A stretch of DNA of 64,000 nt. Source: an uncultured Nitrososphaerales archaeon (lineage in GTDB: Archaea; Thermoproteota; Nitrososphaeria; Nitrososphaerales; Gagatemarchaeaceae). Below are positions 57,811-64,000 of the stretch, one piece after another. The notes beneath the pieces are model-generated. The model ran no database searches. It was given only the letters and a program-made list of their open reading frames with translations, and had not been told where the DNA came from. The stretch lies in assembly GCA_963706445.1 (NCBI GenBank), contig OY970160.1, positions 1,728,001-1,792,000 of the forward strand. Reading direction: 5' to 3'. Made by a program: the position numbers and the translations under genes. Positions within the stretch are counted from its first letter, which is position 1. Each line of letters starts with the position of its first letter.

Positions 57811-58212
57811 ATGAACAAGGGGCTCTGGGTCTGGCCTTCCGACCCCAGAGGGCAGAGGAGGACCCTGTGGCTGGTCGCATCCTCTCCACATCTGATGGCG
57901 GGTCTGATTGCCCTCGGTAAGAGCAAAGAGGGGATGAGCAACGCAGAGGTGGACGAGGCGATCAAAGACAACTCAGAATGGACCACCCTCTGGGTGATCA
58001 GGCAGCTCACCTCACTTGGTTTCGTAGAGTTCAAAGTTGATTTCTTCGGGAACCCTGCTAGGTATCAGTTAAACGAAGCCGGCCGCTCGGCCCTGGCGAC
58101 GCTGACGGGCCAGCCGCCTCCGAAGCCTCCAGCCCCAGCGGCCCAACCTGCTCCAGCTCCGGCGCCCGCACCGGCTTCTGTGCCCCAACAGGCTCCTCCG
58201 AAGCCTCTCTGA
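57811..58212 (+). CDS. wHTH-like hypothetical protein with Pro/Ala tail
   Basis: MSNAEVDEAI...WVIRQLTSLGFVE...YQLNEAGR; TATA-like tttatgaa about 30 bp upstream. Confidence 0.65.
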   Translation: MNKGLWVWPSDPRGQRRTLWLVASSPHLMAGLIALGKSKEGMSNAEVDEAIKDNSEWTTLWVIRQLTSLGFVEFKVDFFGNPARYQLNEAGRSALATLTGQPPPKPPAPAAQPAPAPAPAPASVPQQAPPKPL

Positions 58213-58365
58213 CTCCCAGTAGATTCACTACGCGGTCTTGTATCCCAAAGGGCGATTACGCCCTCATGATGGCCATCGAGACCATTCATGTCCCTGAAGC
58301 ATGCAATTCTCAGATTGTCAAACTAGGGGAAGCCATTCTTCTGCGAAGTCTGCAACTACGCTTTT

Positions 58366-58453
58366 TGGTGCGGGGGGAGGGATTCGAACCCTCGAACCCC
58401 TAAGGGATGAGGTCCTGAGCCTCACGCCGTTGACCAGGCTGGGCGACCCCCGC
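58366..58453 (-). tRNA. tRNA-Leu(CAG), encoded CCA
   Basis: Reverse strand GCGGGGGTCGCCCAGCCTGGTCAACGGCG-TGAGG-CTCAGGA-CCTCA-variable arm-GAGGGTTCGAATCCCTC-CCCCCGC-A-CCA. Confidence 0.95.
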
Positions 58454-58587
58454 GTCGTCCCCGCGAACCCAAACTTCGGTTTAAGAACATTGAACCGTCT
58501 CATCACTTTCGCCCGCCTCTCTCTTGTCCAAAGCCGTCCCTCGTCCATCCCGCGTTAAATTGCCGCAAAAGATGATGCGCCCATACA

Positions 58588-59532
58588 ATGGCCAGACTGC
58601 ATTATCTCTACGAACAGGCGGAAGAAGGGGCGACGAAATTCGTCTACTACTGCTCGAGCTGCAACTGCGTCCTGCGGGTCAGGCGGGACCTCGGGCCAGC
58701 CAGCGAGACCATCAACTCGCTCAGCGGACGCTGCAAGGGGTGCGGACGCCCCCTCGAAGGGAGCATCGAGTGCAGGCTCGCCCCCGTCCCCGAGGACTGG
58801 TCTGACGTCTTCCTGAACACCGCTCTGCCGCAGACGAAGAAGGTGGTGTTCCAGCGGGCATCGTCGATTCCACACTTCTCCCTGGGGTTCCCCAGGCTCG
58901 ACTCCCTGCTGCGGCCCTTCTCTGAGGGACGCATGATCATGCTCAGCGGAGCGACGTCGTCGGTGGTCGCCGAGCTGGCGGCCTTCAGGGCCCAGCTCCC
59001 CATCGAAGCGGGGGGCCTCGATTCGGTGGTGCTTTTCATCGACGGCGGGAACCGCTCCGACCCGTATCTCTTTTCCTCCTTCGCAAGGCAGAGGGGCCTC
59101 AAACCGATGGTGGCGATGCGGCGCGTGGCTTCTTGCCGGGTCTTCACCTTCTACCAGCTCGCAGCCCTCGTCTCCGAGCACCTGGTGCGCGCGGTCCAGG
59201 ACTACGGGACGAGGCTGGTCGTCATCAGCGACATCCTCGGCACCTTCAACGAGCCGGAACTTGAGGAAAGGGAGGCGAGGCGGGTCCTGGGGGCCGTCGA
59301 GGAGGGGATCGAGAAGGTCAAGAGGCACGCGCTCGTGATGGTGACCCAGGCGTCCCCCAACAAGTACGACGGCGCAGTGGCTTCCTGGGCCGACGCCATC
59401 GTCCGTCTCTCTCCCGACGGGGACAGGGTCAGGGCCGAGGTCACCAGCCACAGGAACAGGCTTCCGGGGGAGACGACCTTCAAGCTCAAACAGCTCCTCA
59501 GGGCCACCAGCACCACCGGGGCGTCCCACTGA
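58588..59532 (+). CDS. Inactive RadA/RecA-like protein with N-terminal Zn finger (PolB2-associated)
   Basis: CSSC...CKGC; FSLGFPRLDSLL; Walker A lost (LSGATSS); LFIDGGN; RVFTFYQL; VVISD. Confidence 0.8.
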   Translation: MARLHYLYEQAEEGATKFVYYCSSCNCVLRVRRDLGPASETINSLSGRCKGCGRPLEGSIECRLAPVPEDWSDVFLNTALPQTKKVVFQRASSIPHFSLGFPRLDSLLRPFSEGRMIMLSGATSSVVAELAAFRAQLPIEAGGLDSVVLFIDGGNRSDPYLFSSFARQRGLKPMVAMRRVASCRVFTFYQLAALVSEHLVRAVQDYGTRLVVISDILGTFNEPELEEREARRVLGAVEEGIEKVKRHALVMVTQASPNKYDGAVASWADAIVRLSPDGDRVRAEVTSHRNRLPGETTFKLKQLLRATSTTGASH

Positions 59533-59801
59533 TGGGGAGGACCATACCTTCTTTCAGGATAGCCGAAGCCCAGGAGGTCGCCGAATGGCGGATGTTCAGG
59601 AAGGCCCTCCCGAAGGACGACCGAGCGGCCTTCGACGAAATGCTCAGCTCCGCGAGGCTCTACACATCTGCGTCCTCTTCCGCCGTCAGGGCTTCGAGGT
59701 TCGAAGGGATGGCCATGGCGATAATCTTCCACCACTACAGGAGGCTCATGCGGTCCGTGGGCGCGGCATCCCAGATCAGGCGCAGAGGGGAAACCCCATG
59801 A
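59532..59801 (+). CDS. Small alpha-helical PolB2-associated protein (arCOG07300-like)
   Basis: MGRTIPSFR...EWRMFRKALPKDDRAAFDEML. Confidence 0.8.
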   Translation: MGRTIPSFRIAEAQEVAEWRMFRKALPKDDRAAFDEMLSSARLYTSASSSAVRASRFEGMAMAIIFHHYRRLMRSVGAASQIRRRGETP

Positions 59802-60064
59802 CCCTCTCGGACGGGGAGATTATAGAGGAGCTCGACAGCTGGGAGCGCTTCGCCGACGCCCTCCGGGCCGAGGACAGGGCGCTCTTCAAAGAGATGATGC
59901 GGCTCTGCTACGAGTACTTCCCCGCCATCCAGGCCAGGGACTCCCCCTTCCTGGCCGAGGCCCTCTTCATGGCCCTGCTGCTGGTGCAGCACAAGACCAT
60001 AGTCTGGCTGGCGTCCGAAGTCGAGAGACTGAAGGCCGAAAGCGATGCACGGCTGGATACTTGA
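59798..60064 (+). CDS. Second, paralogous small PolB2-associated protein
   Basis: ELDSWERFADALRAEDRALFKEMM...EALFMALLLVQHK, similar to the upstream gene; ATGA overlap. Confidence 0.75.
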   Translation: MTLSDGEIIEELDSWERFADALRAEDRALFKEMMRLCYEYFPAIQARDSPFLAEALFMALLLVQHKTIVWLASEVERLKAESDARLDT

Positions 60065-62300
60065 CCTCTATCCGGGGAACCCCGGGGAGATGGTCGTCTG
60101 GCTCAAGCTCCAGAGCGGCGAGGCGGTGCGGCTCGTCGACCGCTGGTCCCCGTCGATATACATAGGGACTGACACAAGATCGGACTTCGACGTCCCTCTG
60201 CAGACGCTCCGCAACGAGTTCCTCTGGACCAGGGCGGTCCAGAAGCGCGAAAGGGTCACCGACCCGGGCCTGTCCTATGTCGTCGAAGCGAAGCTCAAGG
60301 ACGCTAGGAGGGTCCAGCAGGTCGCCGGGCGGATAGAACGCCTCGGCCCCTTCGGGACGTTCAGGCTGTACAACGCCGACGTCCTCCCGGCCCAGAGCTA
60401 TCTCTACGAGAGGGACCTCTTCCCGCTCGCCCTCTGCAACGTGGAGCAGGACGGGGACAGGCTGAGGTGGGAACTCAAGGACGACGCCTGGGAATACGAC
60501 TACACCCTCCCTGAATTCAGGCAGGTGAAGCTCGAGGTCGAGGTGGCCAAGGCAGGGAAGCTCCCGCGCCCGACCGACAGGATCGAGTCAGTCACGCTCG
60601 AGAGCGGCAGCGGGAAGATCACCATCGACGGGCGCAGCGAGGCGGACAAGCTGCTCGGCCTCGTGCAGGCGGTGCGGGAGGCTGACCCTGATTTCATCCT
60701 CACGAACGACGGGGACACATTCCTGTTCCCATACTTGGTCAGGCGCGCCGAAGCCAACGGGGTGGCCGCAAAGCTCGTCCTCGACAGGGACGGGACGGTG
60801 CTGAAGCTCCCGTCGAAGGCTGGGACCTCCTACTTCAGCTACGGGCGCATCCACTACAAGCCTTCAGCCATGAAGCTCTGCGGCAGGATACACATCGACG
60901 TCAACACATCCTTCGCCTACTCGGAGGCGGGGTTCGAGGGACTCTTCGAGCTGAGCAGGGTATGCCGCATGCCCATGCACACGTCTAGCAGGGCCAGCAT
61001 CGGGAAGGCCCTCTCCAGCCTCCAGTTCTACCACGCCTCGAAGATAGACCTGCTAGTCCCGTGGAAGCCGACCCTGGTGGAGAGCTTCAAGGACAGGAAC
61101 GAGCTGCTGATGGCGGACCGGGGGGGCTTCATCTTCGAGCCCAAGGTCGGGGTGCACGAGAACGTCGGGGAGCTAGACTTCTACGCTCTCTACCCGAACA
61201 TAATGTACAGGAAGAATATCTCGGCCGAGACCGTCAGGTGCGCCTGCTGCCCGGACTCGGATAACCGCGTCCCCGAGCTCGACTGGAACGTCTGCAAAAA
61301 ACGGGACGGCATCGTCCCCCTCGCCATCAAGATCATAGTGGAGAAGAGGCTACACTACAAGGAGCTCAAGCGGACGGCGAAGGGGGCCGACTACGACAGG
61401 TACAACGCCCGCCAGGCGGCGCTCAAGTGGCTGGGGGTCACCACGTTCGGCTATCTGGGGTTCAACAACGCGAAGTTCGGCCGCATCGACGCCCACATAG
61501 CTGTCTGCGCCTGGGACAGGCGGATACTCCTCGACACGGCGAGGATTGCCGAAAGGCAATCCTTCGAGGTCATGCACGGGATCGTGGATTCGCTCTGGGT
61601 CCAGAAGGCCGGGGCCTCCAAGGACGACTACCTCAGGCTCAAAGCTGACATCGAATCTGAGACGGGCTTCGCCCTTTCATTCGAGGGGGTCTACAAGTGG
61701 GTGGCCTTCCTCCCTTCGAAGGTCGAGCCTGGGATACCGGTGCTCAACAGGTACTTCGGGGCCTACCAGAGCGGAGAGCTGAAGGTCCGCGGGATAGAGG
61801 CCCGGCGCCACGACACCCCCCTGGCCTTCGCCAGATGTCAAATGGAAATCCTGAGGGTCCTCGCCGAGGCTGACACGGTGGCGGCCGCGAAGACGAAGGT
61901 CCCTCAATGCATCGAGGTCTTCCTCAGGCACGCCGAAATACTGGCGCGCCACGAAATCCCCGCCTCCGAGCTGACATTCAGCACCAACCTCTCCAAGGCC
62001 CCCGACGAATACACCACGATGACGGTCCAGCACGCGGCCATCAAGCAGCTCGTCGGGGAAGGGGCGACTCTGCACGCCGGGGAGGGGATCAGATACGTCA
62101 TCACCGACTACAAGGGCAAGGACTCGAAGCGTTCGACCCCCCTGGACGTGGTCAAGGACCAGACGAAATACGACTCGGAGCGCTACATCGTGCTTTTGGC
62201 CGAGACCTGCTCTTCTGTCCTCGAGCCATTCGACCCTGGGTGCACGGCCGCTGGCCTGCTGTCGTCATACGAGGCCCGCAGGAGCGGACCCCTGACGTGA
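60045..62300 (+). CDS. polB2: Family B DNA polymerase, PolB2 group
   Basis: Motif A ELDFYALYPNIM, motif B RQAALKWLGVTTFGYLG, altered motif C HGIVDSLW, KVRGIEARRHD; degenerate exonuclease motifs. Confidence 0.92.
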   Translation: MHGWILDLYPGNPGEMVVWLKLQSGEAVRLVDRWSPSIYIGTDTRSDFDVPLQTLRNEFLWTRAVQKRERVTDPGLSYVVEAKLKDARRVQQVAGRIERLGPFGTFRLYNADVLPAQSYLYERDLFPLALCNVEQDGDRLRWELKDDAWEYDYTLPEFRQVKLEVEVAKAGKLPRPTDRIESVTLESGSGKITIDGRSEADKLLGLVQAVREADPDFILTNDGDTFLFPYLVRRAEANGVAAKLVLDRDGTVLKLPSKAGTSYFSYGRIHYKPSAMKLCGRIHIDVNTSFAYSEAGFEGLFELSRVCRMPMHTSSRASIGKALSSLQFYHASKIDLLVPWKPTLVESFKDRNELLMADRGGFIFEPKVGVHENVGELDFYALYPNIMYRKNISAETVRCACCPDSDNRVPELDWNVCKKRDGIVPLAIKIIVEKRLHYKELKRTAKGADYDRYNARQAALKWLGVTTFGYLGFNNAKFGRIDAHIAVCAWDRRILLDTARIAERQSFEVMHGIVDSLWVQKAGASKDDYLRLKADIESETGFALSFEGVYKWVAFLPSKVEPGIPVLNRYFGAYQSGELKVRGIEARRHDTPLAFARCQMEILRVLAEADTVAAAKTKVPQCIEVFLRHAEILARHEIPASELTFSTNLSKAPDEYTTMTVQHAAIKQLVGEGATLHAGEGIRYVITDYKGKDSKRSTPLDVVKDQTKYDSERYIVLLAETCSSVLEPFDPGCTAAGLLSSYEARRSGPLT

Positions 62301-62303
62301 CGG

Positions 62304-62690
62304 CTACCAGGAGACGGCCTTGGTCGGCTTGACCTTCAGGATGGGGGACTCCCCTTCGCCCCAGGGGTGCTTCCTGTAGGTCTCGAAGGTGTCGAAGAGG
62401 AGTTTCAGCAGCCTGACGTACTCCTTTCCTCTCTCGAGGATTTCGCAGTCTCCTTCTACCATCACTGCATGGTTGGGGTGATAGTCGTCCACCACCAGGG
62501 CGACCCTGTTATTCTCCATCAGATTCTTCAGCTTCTTTGTACCATAGTCGATAGCGATTACAATGTCTACCCCGTCAAGGGCGTAGATCACCGGGACCAC
62601 GTGGGGCCTGGCGTCCTTCGAGGCTGTGGCCAGCCTGCAGACCTCATGGCCCCTGAGGAACTTCAACTGATTCGGGGACAGGATTCCCAT
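62304..62690 (-). CDS. Pyridoxamine 5'-phosphate oxidase-like (PPOX, possibly F420-dependent) protein
   Basis: CRLATASKDARPHVVPV, KLKNLMENNRVALVVD. Confidence 0.85.
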   Translation of the reverse strand: MGILSPNQLKFLRGHEVCRLATASKDARPHVVPVIYALDGVDIVIAIDYGTKKLKNLMENNRVALVVDDYHPNHAVMVEGDCEILERGKEYVRLLKLLFDTFETYRKHPWGEGESPILKVKPTKAVSW

Positions 62691-62768
62691 GCGATAGCCG
62701 TTCCATTCACCTTGGGATAAGATTGCTGACCAACTCTTTAACCAAAGACATCGAAGGCACGGCTCGGG

Positions 62769-63749
62769 ATGAGATACACAGTCTTGGGACGGACGGGACT
62801 GAAGGTCTCCAGGCTCTGCATAGGGTGTATGAGCTTCGGCGGCCCCGACGCGAAGGGGTTCGAGTGGACGCTCGGCTACGACGACTCGAAGAAGATCATA
62901 GACAGGGCCTTCGACCTGGGCATCAACTTCTTCGACACGGCGGACGTGTATTCGGACGGGAAGTCGGAACAGATAGTCGGCAGGGCCCTGCAGGGGCGGA
63001 GGAACCAGGTCGTCATCGCGACGAAGGTCGGCCTCCCGACGGGGGAGGGCCCGGAAGAGAGGGGCTTGGGGAGGAAACACGTCAAGAGGAACCTGAAGAG
63101 GTCTCTGGCCAACCTGAAGATCGACAGGGTGAACCTGTATCAGATACACAGGTGGGACTACGAGACTCCCATCGAGGAGGTCCTCGAGACCCTGACGGAG
63201 GCGGTCAAGGAAGGGAAGGTCGACCACATCGGGGGGTCGAGCATGTGGGCCTGGCAGTTCGCCAAGGCTCTGTACGCCAGCGACAGGCTCGAACTCGAGC
63301 GCTTCAAGACAATGCAGGATCACTACAACCTCGCCTACAGGGAGGAGGAAAGGGAGATGATTCCATTATGCAGAGCCGAAGGGATTCCAATCCTGCCATG
63401 GAGCCCTCTGGGGAGGGGGTTCCTGACCGGTAAGTACAAGCGGAAGGAGAAGCCGAGGAGCATCAGGTACAAGATAGACGTTCATCTCGGCAAGAGGTAC
63501 TTCAGACCCGAGGACTTCGACGTGGTGGAGCGCCTGGAAGAGGTGGCGAAAGGGAAGGGGGTCAAGCCCGCCCAGCTGGCTCTCGCCTGGCTGATCAACA
63601 AGGACGCGGTCGCGTCCCCCATAGTGGGCCCCACGAGGATGGAGCAGCTCGAGGAGCTGGTCGAAGCCGCGGACATCCGCCTGAAACCCTCGGAGACGAA
63701 GCGCCTAGAGGAACCGTACCGACCCCACCCGGTCCTCGGACACGAGTAG
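62769..63749 (+). CDS. Aldo/keto reductase
   Basis: LGRTGLKVSRLCIGCM, FFDTADVYSDG, IATKVG, LYQIHRWD, PWSPLGRG. Confidence 0.95.
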   Translation: MRYTVLGRTGLKVSRLCIGCMSFGGPDAKGFEWTLGYDDSKKIIDRAFDLGINFFDTADVYSDGKSEQIVGRALQGRRNQVVIATKVGLPTGEGPEERGLGRKHVKRNLKRSLANLKIDRVNLYQIHRWDYETPIEEVLETLTEAVKEGKVDHIGGSSMWAWQFAKALYASDRLELERFKTMQDHYNLAYREEEREMIPLCRAEGIPILPWSPLGRGFLTGKYKRKEKPRSIRYKIDVHLGKRYFRPEDFDVVERLEEVAKGKGVKPAQLALAWLINKDAVASPIVGPTRMEQLEELVEAADIRLKPSETKRLEEPYRPHPVLGHE

Positions 63750-63752
63750 GCT

Positions 63753-64000
63753 TCAGCTGGGGAGCTGCACGGTCGCCACCGTCGAGAAGGACGAGAGGTT
63801 GCTCACCATCACTTCTGACTGCGATATCGTGTAGAGGTAGTCCCCTATGATTACGCTCCTGTCGATCTGGAGCCCCCCGTTGGCCGAGTCCCCGAAGTTC
63901 TGTCCCGCAGGATACTGGGACACCATCCCGAGGATATTGAAACCCGAGGGCGTCACCTGTATCACATACACTCCCTGCCAGACTGGGTCCCCATCGGCGG
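63753..64000 (-). CDS. C-terminus of a beta-propeller domain protein (partial)
   Basis: WQGVYVIQV...IDRSVIIGDYLYTIS, typical end of the secreted Beta_propel family; runs off the window end. Confidence 0.7.
   Translation of the reverse strand, partial: ADGDPVWQGVYVIQVTPSGFNILGMVSQYPAGQNFGDSANGGLQIDRSVIIGDYLYTISQSEVMVSNLSSFSTVATVQLPS

Noticed and set aside
54954-58453. Possible integrated element between or at the two tRNAs
   Set aside because: No integrase, no duplicated tRNA 3' end seen, and the intervening genes are housekeeping-like
58505-58510. ACTTTC matching the Sulfolobus UV-responsive ANTTTC element upstream of the PolB2 cassette
   Set aside because: A single hexamer is expected by chance and lies in the divergent tRNA promoter region; not supportable
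58555-59529. 324-aa minus-strand ORF
   Set aside because: Antisense shadow of the RadA-like gene
62691-63323. N-terminal 211 aa of the 339-aa ORF 62304..63323
   Set aside because: Antisense to the aldo/keto reductase; the real PPOX gene starts at ATG 62690
1-64000. CRISPR arrays, rRNA genes, transposases
   Set aside because: No regularly spaced repeats, rRNA-like segments or transposase motifs were seen

Overview
High-GC archaeal chromosomal segment. The gene content (both PolD subunits, Elf1, Sec61beta, type IA topoisomerase, CofE, ThyX, UPF0147, a tRNA with a non-canonical intron) fits Nitrososphaerota/TACK, most likely a non-ammonia-oxidising, high-GC lineage; this assignment is inference. 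Most of the window is core information-processing DNA: rpl10e-dph2-csl4-rpoL-tfs, gins-priS-pcna, rpl44e-rps27e-aIF2a-nop10, aglB, gcvH/T, topA, tmk, glyA, PolD DP2 and DP1, cdc6, thyX and two tRNAs. It probably also contains a replication origin (three ORB boxes at about 43.1-43.2 kb, about 6 kb from cdc6). The standout is a compact three-gene operon at 5512-7750. It encodes a divergent Ku, a minimal ATP-dependent DNA ligase and a 180-aa ASFV-like mini DNA polymerase X, and sits head-to-head with a DUF72 gene. This is a candidate archaeal end-joining system that uses an X-family protein instead of the usual AEP primase-polymerase. Other notable items: a PolB2 cassette with an inactive RadA-like gene and two small paralogues, an XPD-like helicase interrupted by an in-frame TAG, a two-gene complementary ThyX pair, a likely OSTC/DC2-like protein, an origin-proximal membrane-anchored wHTH gene carrying TCAC repeats, a bactofilin-like repeat protein and a doubly intron-containing tRNA-Ser(CGA). 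All calls come from motif recognition by eye; no searches were run.
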